Shown: positions 37,431 through 48,671 of the stretch, piece by piece
Position numbering within the stretch: position 1 is the first letter of the stretch
Layout: the number at the start of each line of letters is the position of its first letter
NCBI RefSeq assembly: GCF_009834535.1
Contig: NC_045696.1
Span: 17,858,001 to 17,922,000 of the forward strand
Source of the DNA: Camelus ferus
Lineage: Eukaryota
Reading direction: 5' to 3'
DNA: 64,000 nucleotides
Made by a program: the position numbers and the translations under genes
Notes under the pieces: generated by a model
Told to the model about the DNA's origin: nothing
The model's database searches: none
What the model saw: only the letters and a program-made list of their open reading frames with translations

Positions 37431-39323
37431 TCAAAATTATTTTTTTTAATCCTGAAATATTGATGCATAATTATCTCTTCTTCCTGGTGCTGCATAGACC
37501 TCCCCTGGAACATGCTGAATGTACATGTGATATTTTATTAATTCAGGCTATTTTTGGAGAAAAGGGTGAGGTCTAAATTAAGTTATTCATCTGATAGTTT
37601 TAACAAAATTTGATCTAATGATTGTGCTATCAGTTTCTCATTATTTAAAAGCCTTTCATCATTAGTCATGTATCTCTTTCAAGTGCTGACAAATAATATC
37701 ATTATATAGCATAATGCAATTGCCCTATTACTATGATTCCTGATGATATAAACATTGTACCAAGACAAAAAAAAAATCATCCCTTTTTTTCTTCCATGAT
37801 ATGGAATGGAACCTAGTTGAAAAAACATGGCTTGTTTCAGTGGAATTGAAAATTAATGAATAGCAGTGGGACCCAAACCTCATGAGATAGGACAGGAAAA
37901 GAAAGCCAAATTATAAAATTGGTCTTAGGTTGTACAGTGCACAGCCTAAGAACCAATACATGCCAGCCCTGGAAGTCATTATCCTTCATGGTTTCCTCCC
38001 TACATGGATTATACATACTGATATATTTAGTGATTTCTCCCCCTCCTCTTTTTCATAAAATCCTTTTAAACACTGGCTCACTGAACCTTTTTATTATGCT
38101 TGAGAAATGATTATTCATCCTTAATTATATGTACTTTTATCTGACCTTGCTCCGTGACTATTCCAACAAAAATTATTAATGAAAAACATTGGTGTTAGGA
38201 AACCTTGCTTGGAAATGTTACTTAATAAACAAATGGAAAGCACACCCATGAATTAAAAACTGTGTCAACTATAATGTAAGTAACTGTTAATTTCCTTGCT
38301 CTAATAGACACTTAAATAAAATAACATACCTATATTAGATTCAAGTTAAGTATAATGTTGCGGCACCCACTTCTTTCATGGGGATTACTTTTCTTTTAAT
38401 TTAAAAACATACCCTGAGGTGCAGAGGGAGGATTTTCTTCCCCTGCACCAGGGATGTTGACATTCATTATGGCGAGAACAACAGTATAGAAGGAAGACCT
38501 CCTCCATCATGAATTACGTTTTTTTTTTTTTTGTACTACTAGAAATTTTTTAATTATTTCATAATGCATGTTTCTGTGAATAACATATGTTTTAAAACAT
38601 CTTATGGCTGTATAATGCCAATTTAGAAATAAAGAGGTAGATGTCTGAGAAAAGTTATCATTTATTGTTGACCAAAACATTATAATTAATCTTTATTTTC
38701 TTTCTTAAATTTTTTAGGTTTTCCAAATTTTCCAGATGGAATATTTACCACTAGAATTAGGAGCATAAAGCATTATGTTTAGCTAGGCTAGACAGATTTT
38801 CTCTGACATTTTTTCTTGATGTAGTTTTACAACTGACAGGCAGCTAAATGACCATCAGAGTGTATCTGCTTTTTTTTCCTTTCTCTACCAGCTCACTCTG
38901 CAAGTACACAAATCTCACTGAAGTATATGTCACTAAAAAGCAGAGTCTAGGATATTATTTTATATTACATTAGGTTAAAAGAAATTTACAAGATGGAGAA
39001 ATGTATAAAACTGTGTTCTAAGCGTAGTGCATACTTGATATATTCTTGAAACATGAATTTCGCAGCTATTATTTGTTTCTTTGTGTGTTTTAAAATCATG
39101 GGTTGCTACATAAGCGTCTCCAATAATTTTAAGTTGCATTAAAAGTTACCGTCAAGTGTCAGAGACAAAATTTGAAACAGGTAAAAGAATATCTGGCACC
39201 ATTTGCACATTTTATGTGGCATTATGATTCACTAAGTTCCAATTTATTGTTATTTTTATATGTCTTCTGCTTCAGTGAACGTTCTCTGTTAAGATTTTTT
39301 TCTGTGGATTTGGTTTGAAATCC

Positions 39324-39326
<3 letters not shown>

Positions 39327-39359
<33 letters not shown>
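39327..39359. repeat. (CA)n microsatellite
   Basis: Direct inspection. Confidence 0.95.
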
Positions 39360-39360
<1 letters not shown>

Positions 39361-39479
39361 CCTATCTTGTTTCTATGTCAATTTGTAAGTCATATAAAAG
39401 CAGAAGTCCTGTGGTAGAAGTACTGAAAAGAGCCCTGAGCCATCTTACCATGAATTATGCATTAAGAAGTACCTTCTCG

Positions 39480-39790
39480 CTGAAAATGACTATGTTTAAA
39501 AAGATCTCAACTCCATAACATACCCTGCCACCTTAAGACACTAGAAAAAGTAGAGCAAACTATGTCAAAGGAAAATTAATAAAAAATAAGCACAAAAATT
39601 ATGAAATAGATAATAATAAAATTAAAATAGAGAAATTCAACAAAAACAAAAATGTTTCTTTGTAAAGAGCAATAACACTGGCATGTTTGAGCCAGACTGA
39701 TCAAGACAAAAAGGAAAAGGTTCAAATCACTAAAATTAGAACGTTACTACCAACCTTAGAGAAAGAAAAATAATTTTAAGGGAGAGTTTA
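39480..39790 (+). mobile_element. Old L1 ORF2 fragment
   Basis: ccaccttaagacactagaaaaagtagagcaaact...gccagactgatcaaga, post-EN region. Confidence 0.65.
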
Positions 39791-39795
39791 AGACA

Positions 39796-40278
39796 ATTGA
39801 CTCTAATTTTGAAAGAAATCCCACTGTGGGTAAAATGCTATCAAACAGCAGTGTATGCTACAGAGAAATCATTTGTGAAAGAAAGAGTCAGTTGATGTGG
39901 CACAGTTCACTGCTGTCTTATTTTAAGAAATTGTCACAACCACCCCAACCTTCAGCAACCACCACCCTGATCAGTCAGCAGCCATCAACAAAGAGGCAAA
40001 ACCCTCCACCAGCAAAAAAATGATGACTTACTGAAGGCTCAGATGATGACTAGTACTTTTTGGCAATAAAGTATTTTTAAGTGAGATATGTACACTGTTT
40101 CTTTAAGCCTAATGCTGTTGCACACTTAGTAGACTACAGTTCGCGTAAACATAACTTATATTATATCCACTAGGGAACCAAAAAATGTCTATGACTCACT
40201 TTATTGCAACATTCACTTTATTGCGGTGGTCTGGAACCGACTGCGTTAGCTCCAAGGTACGTCTGGACTATGCCTGTA
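39796..40278 (+). mobile_element. Tigger1 (TcMar) DNA transposon 3' fragment
   Basis: ccaccccaaccttcagcaaccaccaccctgatcagtcagcagccatcaaca; tttattgcggtggtctggaacc; terminal tatgcctg+ta. Confidence 0.9.
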
Positions 40279-41881
40279 TATTATATATTTTCATTTATCA
40301 TTATTTTATTAAGAGTCTTTATGACTGTTGGCATACGTAAATTGGTCTACAATTTTTTGTTGTTTGCTGTTGTTCACTTTTTTCAGCTTTGGGGATTGAT
40401 ATTTATGTTTGCCACATAAAATGAACAAGAAATTATTACTTTTTCTAAGTCTTGCAGGATTAATAAAACAGTTTTCCGGCTTCTATGACCATGATACCAT
40501 AAAACGTAAACGTTAAAAAGTAACTACAGAGATAATCTAGGAAGATCCTGTTACGAAATCAGCACAATGAAAACCACATAGTCTAGTGACTTGGTTACTT
40601 TTTTTCTCTGTATTAACACAGGTCTTATTTCCATTTTTGGACTCTTAAGTTACTCAAATCAGGGTTGTATCTTCTTCATCCATGTGCTTTCCGGAGCCTA
40701 GCATACCACACACTTTTAGGACAGTGACTAAACATGGACTGAATGGAATTAAGGTAAAAAAGCATATTGCCTTTCATCTCCATACATACACATATAAAAT
40801 TTTTCATAGAGTTACACCATTCCTGTAAGTTTTCAAAGATTATTTACTATACAAGATGGTGTGGGGATATATATATATTCATATTTATAAGGTAGCTTCT
40901 GTATTACTAATCATGGGGCAGTCAATCTCTGCTATACAGTACCTTTAGGTTTATCTCTTTCATCCAGTGATAGGAATTTGGACTCTTCAGCTATCCAGCG
41001 TGGGAAGACAATAGCAAGCTACCCATTCTCCCTATACATTACTGAGAAGGAAGAATCAAGGAGGAAGCTCTGTGCCCAGCCTCATTCAAAATACTGTATT
41101 GAAAAATATTTCCTTGACAGGTGGACTTCATGATTAGAATCAAAAGTGACATATCCATCCATTCAGCTGAAATCAAATATTTGAAAATGAATGATGCCCA
41201 ATGACCTTGTCATTTTTCTGTAGCCAGCTCCTTTTGATATTAATCATTTTAAGCATATCATATTTTACTACAGATTGTCAAATTCCAATCATTTTTAAAG
41301 GATTCATAAAATTCATTAAACTCACTAGAGTTCCCATTAAAATTCTGAATATATTTATTAAAATATATTTCTTATAACATATAAGTAATGTATACACTTT
41401 CAAAAATTAGTACTGTGTTCGTATGTTTTGTTTCAAAGTCCTTCTACCAAAATGTTAGTTTACCTTAAACATTAATAATAATAATATTAAAAAATACTAT
41501 ATACTTTCTAGTCTAAATTGGAACGGATAGTTTAATATATGAAGACATAGAAAAATTACTTTTTTTCAACATTTTTTATTGATTTATAATCATTTTACAA
41601 TGTTGTGTCAAATTCCAGTGTTCAGCACAATTTTTCAGTTATTCATGGACTTATACACACTCATTGTCACATTTTTTTCTCTGTGAGTTATCATAACATT
41701 TTGTGTATATTTCCCTGTGCTATACAGTATAGTCTATTCTACAATTTTGAAATCCCAGTCTATCCCTTCCCACCCTCCACCCCCCTGGTAACCACAAGTC
41801 TGTATTCTCTGTCTGTGAGTCTATTTCTGTCCTGTATTTACGCTTTGTTTTTGTTTGTTTGTTTGTTTTTGTTTTTGTTTT

Positions 41882-44800
41882 TTAGATTCCACATATGAGC
41901 GATCTCATATGGTATTTTTCTTTCTCTTTCTGGCTTACTTCACTTAGAATGACATCCTCCAGGAGCATCCATGTTGCTGCAAATGGCATTATGTTGTCGG
42001 TTTTTATGGCTGAGTAGTATTCCATTGTATAAATATACCACCTCTTCTTTATCCGGTCACCTGTTGATGGACATTTAGGCTGTTTCCATGTTTTGGCTAT
42101 TGTAAATAGTGCTGCTATGAACACTGGGGTGCAGGTGTCATCCTGAAGTAGATTTCCTTCTGGATACAAGCCCAGGAGTGGGATTCCTGGGTCATATGGT
42201 AAGTCTATTCCTAGTCTTTTGAGGAATCTCCACACTGTTTTCCATAGTGGCTGCACCAAACTGCATTCCCACCAGCAGTGTAGGAGGGTTCCCCTTTCTC
42301 CACAGCCTCTCCAGCATTTGTCATTTGTGGATTTTTGAATGACGGCCATTCTGACTGGTGTGAGGTGATACCTCATTGTAGTTTTGATTTGCATTTCTCT
42401 GATAATTAGTGATATTGAGCATTTTTTCATGTGCTTTTTGATCATTTGTATGTCTTCCTTGGAGAATTGCTTGTTTAGGTCTTCTGCCCATTTTGGATTG
42501 GGTTGTTTATTTTTTTCTTATTGAGTCGTATAAGCTGCTTATATATTCTGGAGATCAAGCCTTTGTCGGTTTCACTTGCAAAAATTTTCTCCCATTCCGT
42601 AGGTTTTCTTCTTGTTTTATTTCAGGTTTCCTTTGTTGTGCAGAAGCTTGTAAGTTTCATTAGGTCCCATTTGTTTATTCTTGCTTTTATTTCTTCTAGG
42701 AGAAAATTTTTGAGATGTATGTCAGATAATGTTTTGCCTATGTTTTCCTCTAGGAGGTTTATTGTATCTTGTCTTATGTTTAAGTCTTTAATCCATTTTG
42801 AGTTGATTTTTGTATATGGTGTAAGGGAGTGTTCTAGCTTCATTGTTTTACATGCTGCTGTCCAGTTTTCCCAACACCATTTGCTGAAGAGACTGTCTTT
42901 ATTCCATTGTATATTCTTGCCTCCTTTGTCGAAGATGAGTTGACCAAAAGTTTGTGGGTTCATTTCTGGGCTCTCTATTCTGTTCCATTGGTCTATATGT
43001 CTGTTTTGGTACCAATACCATGCTGTCTTGATGACTGTAGCTCTATAGTATTGTCTGAAGTCTGGGAGAGTTATTCCTCCAGCCTCTTTCTTTCTCTTCA
43101 GTAAAGCTTTGGCAATTCTAGGTCTTTGATGGTTCCATATGCATTTTATTATGATTTTTTCTAGTTCTGTGAAATATGTCCTGGGTAATTGGATAGGGAT
43201 TACATTAAATCTGTAGATTGCCTTGGGCAGTGTGACCATTTTAACAATATTGATTCTTCCAATCCAAGAGCGTGGAATATCTTTCCATTTTTTAAAGTCT
43301 TCTTTAATTTCCTTCATCAATGGTTTATAGTTTTCTGTGTATAATTCTTTCACCTCCTTGGTTAGATTTATTCCCAGATATTTTATTATTTGGGTGCTAT
43401 TTTAAAGGGGATTGTTTCTTTACTTTCTTCTTCTGTTGATTTATCGTTAGTGTAAAGAAATGCAACTGATTTTTCAACGTTAATTTTGTAACCTGCTACC
43501 TTGCTGAATTCTTCAATCAGCTCTAGTAGCTTTTGTGTGGACCTTTTAGGGTTTTCTACATATAGTAACATGTCATCAGCATATAATGACACTTTTACCT
43601 CTTCTTTTCCAATTTGGATCCCTTTTATTTCTTTCTTTTGCCTGACTGCTGTGGGTAGGACTTCCAGGACTATGTTGAATAGGAGTGGTGATAGTGGGCA
43701 TCCTTGTCTTGTCCCAGATTTTAGTGGGAAGCTTTTGAGTTTTTCACCGTTGAGTACTATGCTGGCTGTAGGTTTGTCATATATAGCTTTTATTATGTTG
43801 AGATATGTTCCCTCTATACCCACTTTGGCGAGAGCTTTTATCATAAATGGGTGTTGAATTTTATCAAATGCTTTTTCTGCATCGATTGAGATGATCATGT
43901 GGTTTTTGTCCTTTCTCTTGTTGATGTGATGAATTACACTGATTGATTTGCATATGTTGAACCAGCCTTGTGTCCCTGGGATGAACCCCACTTGGTCATG
44001 ATGTATAATCTTTTTTATGTGTTGTTGGATTCTATTTGCTAAAATTTTGGTGAGGATTTTGGCGTCTATGTTCATCAGTGGTATTGGCCTATAATTCTCT
44101 TTTTTTGTAGTGTCTTTGCCTGGTTTTGGTATCAGGGTGATGGTGGCTTCATAGAATGAGTTTGGGAGTATTCCCTCCTTTTCAATTGTCTGGAAGAGTT
44201 TGAGAAGGACTGGTACGAGTTCTTCTTTGTATGTTTGGTAGAATTCCCCGGTGAAGCCGTCTGGTCCTGGACTTTTATTCGTAGGGAGGTTTTTAATTGC
44301 TATTTCTATTTCCTTTCTAGTGATCGGATTGTTCAAGTGTTCAGATTCTTCTTGATTCAGTTTTGGTGGACCGTATGTTTCCAGAAACTTGTCCATCTCC
44401 TCTGGGTTATCCAGTTTGGTTCCATATAGTTTTTCATAATATTCTCGTATGATATTCTGTATTTCTATTTTGTTTGTTGTAATTTCTGCATTTTCCTCTC
44501 TTATTTTGCTAATTTGTGCTCTCTCTTTTTTCTTCTTTGTGAGTTTGGCCAGAGGTTTGTCGATTTTATTTACTTTTTCAAAAAACCAGCTTTTGGTTTG
44601 GTTGATTTTTTCTATGGTCTTGTTAATCTCTATTGTATTTAATTCCTCTCTGATCTTTATTATTTCCTTCCTTCTGCTGCTTTTTGGGGCTTTTTGTTCT
44701 TCTTTTTCTAATTCATTCAGGTGGTGGGTTAAATTGTTTATTTGAGATTGTTCTTCTTTTTTGAGGAAGGCCTGTATCGCTATAAACTTCCCTCTAGCAC

Positions 44801-45676
44801 TGCCTTTGCTGTGTCCCATAGGTTTTGAGTGGTTGTGCTTTCATTATCATTTGTCTCAAGGTATTTTTTAATTTCAGCTTTGATTTCCTCATTGATCCAT
44901 TGTTTTTTCAATAACATATTGTTTAATCTCCATGCTTTCCTTTTTTTCTCCTTTGTTTCTCTGTTGTTGATTTCCAGTTTCATGGCATTGTGGTCAGTAA
45001 AGATGCTTGAGATAATTTCTATCTTCTTAAAATTGTTGAGGTTTCTTTTGTGCCCAAGTACACGATCGATCCTGGAAAATGTTCCATGTGCACTTGAAAA
45101 GAATGTATATCCTATTTTTTGGGGGTGTAATGCTCTGAAAATATCCACCAAATCTAGTTTTTCTATTGTAGTATTTAATTTCTCTGTTGCCTTGTTTATT
45201 TTCTGTCTGGAAGATCTGTCTCGTGATGTTAATGCAGTGTTAAAATCTCCAACTATGATTGTATTCCCATCAATATCCCCCTTTATCTCTGTTAGTAGTT
45301 CTTGTATGTACTTAGGTGCTCCTATATTGGGTGCATATATATTAATGAGTGTAATATCCTCATCTTGTATCACTCCTTTAATCATTATAAAATGTCCTTC
45401 TTTATCTTTCTTTATGGCCTTTGTTTTAAAGTCTGTTTTGTCTGAAATCAGTACTGCAACACCTGCTTTTTTGGCTTTTCCATTTGCATGGAATATCCTT
45501 TTCCATCCTTTCACTCTCAATCTATATGTGTCCTTCTCCCTAAAGTGGGTCTCTTGTATGCAGCATATTGAAGGTTCTTGCTTTATTATCCAGTCTGCCA
45601 CTCTGTGTCTTTTGACTGGAGCATTTAGTCCATTAACATTTACAGTAATTAATGATAGATGTGTGTTTATTGCCAT
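41882..45676 (-). pseudogene. L1 ORF2p (APE endonuclease + reverse transcriptase + CCHC), disrupted
   Basis: NVNGLN, IVGDFN and FTDHN (EN); [10 protein letters not shown] and YADD (RT); [18 protein letters not shown]. 1-nt deletions at ~44795, ~43390 and ~42492; TGA at 42622-42624. Confidence 0.96.
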
Positions 45677-46080
45677 TTTGAACTTATCTTTGCAGTTGAA
45701 TTGGTATATCCTCTTTGTTCCTTTCTTCTTCCTTTTGTGGTTTGGTAATTTTCCTTTGTATTATCATGGATTTTATTTAGTTTTTGTGACTCCTTTGTAA
45801 ATTTTTGGCTTGTGGTTACCCTTTTTTGTAAATCTATCAACCCATTACTATAACTGTTTTTATTAAACTGATAGTAACATCATCTCAAACCCATCCTACT
45901 GTTAAAAAAATTTAAAAAAGAAAGAAAAAAATATTCTATATTTCCCTGCCTCCCTCTCCCACTCTCAGTGATTTGTATGTCTTCTTTTATAATTTCATGT
46001 TTACTTTATTTGTAATTCATGAGTTATCACCTTTCCAGTTGTGTGTTTCTCATTTCTGTAGCATCCTGCTGCTTTTCTAT

Positions 46081-46974
46081 TTAGAATAGCCCTTTCAATA
46101 TTTCTTTTAGCATGGGTTTAGTGTTGCTAAACTCCTGCAGCTTTTTCTTGTCTGTGAAACTCTTTATTTCTCCTTCTATCCTCAAGGATAGCCTTGCTGG
46201 ATAAAGGATCCTAGGCTGCATCTTTTTTTCATTCAGGGCTTTGAATATATCTTGCCACTCCCTTCTGGCCTGTAGTGTTTGTGTAGAGAAATCAGCTGAG
46301 AGCCTTATGGGGGTTCCCTTGTAACTTACTCTTTGCTTTTCTCTTGCTGCCTTTAGAATCATTTCTTTATCCTTGACTCTGGCCATCTTGATTATGATAT
46401 GTCTTGGTGTGGGTCTATTTGGGTTCTTCCTGTTTGGGACCCTCTGAGCTTCCTGTACTTGGATATCTGATTCCTTCTTTAAGTTTGGGAAGTTTTCAGT
46501 CATGATTTCTTCAAAACCCTTTTCAATCCCCTTTGATCTTTCTTCTCCTTCTGGGACCCCTATTATGCGAAGATTGGGACACTTTATATTATCCCATGGG
46601 TCCCTTATGCTATTTTCATTATTTTTTATTTGCTTCTCTTGTAGTTCTTCTGAATGGGTGCTTTCTATTGCCCTGTCTTCTAGATCACTAATTCGTTCCT
46701 CTGCATTATCTAGTCGGCTTTGCACAGCTATTAGATCATTCCTCATCTCTGTCAATGAGTTTACCCATTCTACTTGGCTCTTCTTTATAGCTTCAATTTC
46801 ATTTTTGACATATTTTATATCTCTAAACACTATCTCTTTTAATTCCTTCAGCAATTTGATCACTCCTTTTTTGAAATCTTGATCTAGTAGGCTATCGATG
46901 TCTATTTCGTTGATCTTTCTTTCAGGGGATTTCTCTTGTTCTTTTAATTGGGAAAGGTTTTTCTGCTTCTTCAT
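46081..46974 (-). CDS. L1 ORF1p RNA-binding protein/nucleic acid chaperone, 297 aa, intact
   Basis: Coiled coil followed by NLRIIGVPEGEE, ENFPNL, RPTPRHIIIK, ARREW and YPARLS motifs; no stops. Confidence 0.95.
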   Translation of the reverse strand: MKKQKNLSQLKEQEKSPERKINEIDIDSLLDQDFKKGVIKLLKELKEIVFRDIKYVKNEIEAIKKSQVEWVNSLTEMRNDLIAVQSRLDNAEERISDLEDRAIESTHSEELQEKQIKNNENSIRDPWDNIKCPNLRIIGVPEGEERSKGIEKGFEEIMTENFPNLKKESDIQVQEAQRVPNRKNPNRPTPRHIIIKMARVKDKEMILKAAREKQRVSYKGTPIRLSADFSTQTLQARREWQDIFKALNEKKMQPRILYPARLSLRIEGEIKSFTDKKKLQEFSNTKPMLKEILKGLF

Positions 46975-47399
46975 CTTGCTCGTACCTCTTTGGCACTGTG
47001 GTTTATGGAGTATCAGTTGTTTATTTTGGCCCTTAAGGATTTTATCTATCTGATGCCTATTTAGGAATAGAACTTAGGAAAAAAAGAAAAAAAAATAAGA
47101 GAGAGAAAGAATTTTAAAAGAAGGGAGAAAGAGGGTTTGAAAACCGTGTATAATGAATAATAGAAGAGTGAGTTGAAGCAGAGTATTAATCGGGTTGAGA
47201 CGTCCTTTTAAAACCCTTACAAAAAAAGGTGGGGGGGGAGATGAATAGATGTATTTGAAACCTGTGTCTAATCAATAGCAGGACATCAAAACCCAAGAGA
47301 AATAGAAATGAATTAAGAAGTAAAGTAAAGATTAAGAGAGGAATAGAAAATAGAACAGGTAAAAACAGATTTAAAAAAAAAAAGGGGGGGGGGTGGTTT

Positions 47400-48671
47400 G
47401 TCGGTGTTCTCCTGGAGTCTGTGTGCTTTTAATGTGAAGTCTTTCTGTCTTCGTCCTGTTTTGGAAGCTCAGCTTGCTGTTTTCAGAGGCCCTCCATTGG
47501 CGCCCTCTTCTGTGCTGCTCCCAGCACCTGTCGGCAAGCAGATCGCGCCTCCTCCTAACACTGGGTCAGGTGCAGCTCTCTGCTGTGGGCGGGCGGGTCG
47601 CTGCCCCTCCGGATGCCGCAGTCAGATGTTGCAGACTGGCCAGGTAGGAGGACGGGTCGTGCCCCCTCCCAGCACCTCGGTCAGGGGCTGTGTTCCTGCC
47701 CGAAAGGCGGGGGGGCGGGGCCGCTCTCCCTCTACCTGCACCGCAGGTAGCTCTGCTCTCTGTGTGGCTGCGCGCTCTGCCCTGGTCGGCGCTTCGCAGG
47801 TGGGCTCGGGGAAGACCGAGGGACAGTCCTGTCCCTGCTCCGAGCCAGAACCCAGCTCCTTGTTTGTCTTTGTGGTGCAAGTTCTCTGAGGGACCAGGAT
47901 GGACGGATCCTATCTGCCCCAGGCTGCAGGCCAGTCTCAGTCTGGCCTTTGAGGTTGCTAAGCCCTTAGGTGCAGACGCAGGTTTCGCCCCCGCTCCCGC
48001 CTGAGTGCTCAGCGCGGAGGAGTTGGCGGCTGTGCCTGAGCCCCGCATCTCTTCCCCCGAAAACTTTCCGTGGGTTTTCAGAGATGGGGGTGTGCACCCT
48101 TCCCCCGAGAGCACATCAACCTTGCTGTTTTATGGAGGGCCCAGGTTGTTCTGCCCTGTGCACCCACAGCCACGGCGCGCAGCCCCTTGCGTTCCCCCGG
48201 GGCTGCCTCCGTGCAGCCACTTCCGTCCTCCGCCCGGCTTGTGCAGCCTGGCCCTGCCCGCTGCTGCCGGCCCGCGTCTCAGGCTGGGTGTCGGGGGGAT
48301 GCTCTGTGCCTGTTTAACTTAGTTCTGTTAGTCAAGGGCTGCTCTGTACAGATCCGAGCCTCGGAGGCTCCCCCTCCGTCCCGCTGGCCTCTCAGTTGGA
48401 GAGGGGAGACCCAGCGAGTGAGCGCCAGTCCTCCTTTGCCGCTCCCTCCCTGCGGGACCCATCCCGCGCTGCTTTGCCTTTTGTTCTTTCTTTTTTCCTT
48501 TTCTCCTACCAGATTTTTGGCGTCTTTATCTTTTGAAGAGGGCGATGTTCTGTCGGAGTTCCGCAGGTGCTCTGGTTGGCTGAGTGGGTCTGTAGATGTG
48601 GGTCTTGGTGTATCTGTGGGAGAGGGTGACCTGCGAGCGTCCTTCTACTCCGCCATCTTCTCCGTCCGGCC
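47400..48671 (-). promoter_or_regulatory. CpG-rich L1 internal promoter with a YY1 site near the 5' end
   Basis: The only GC/CpG-rich island in the window; sense aagatggcgg at 48659-48650, about 12 nt from the element start. Confidence 0.8.

Larger units (their letters stand above)
41564..48671 (-). mobile_element. Full-length young LINE-1 (~7.1 kb)
   Basis: Perfect TSD gaaaaattactttt at 41550-41563 and 48672-48685 (site tc/aaaa, close to the L1 EN consensus tt/aaaa); 5'UTR, ORF1, 404-bp spacer, ORF2, 3'UTR with AATAAA at 41575-41580. Confidence 0.98.

Noticed and set aside
39826..40023. Functional Tigger transposase
   Set aside because: Only the decayed 3' terminal fragment is present.
43386..44819. 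Stand-alone or prokaryote-type RT system (retron, DGR, group II intron) suggested by YADD
   Set aside because: The RT sits in a canonical L1 with an APE endonuclease, ORF1, CCHC and TSD, in mammalian DNA.
44829..45800. 323-aa plus-strand ORF (and similar ORFs at 42503, 43501, 44449, 46502)
   Set aside because: These are antisense shadows of L1 ORFs: hydrophobic F/L/S/I-rich translations of a T-rich strand, often with non-ATG starts, and with no independent domain.
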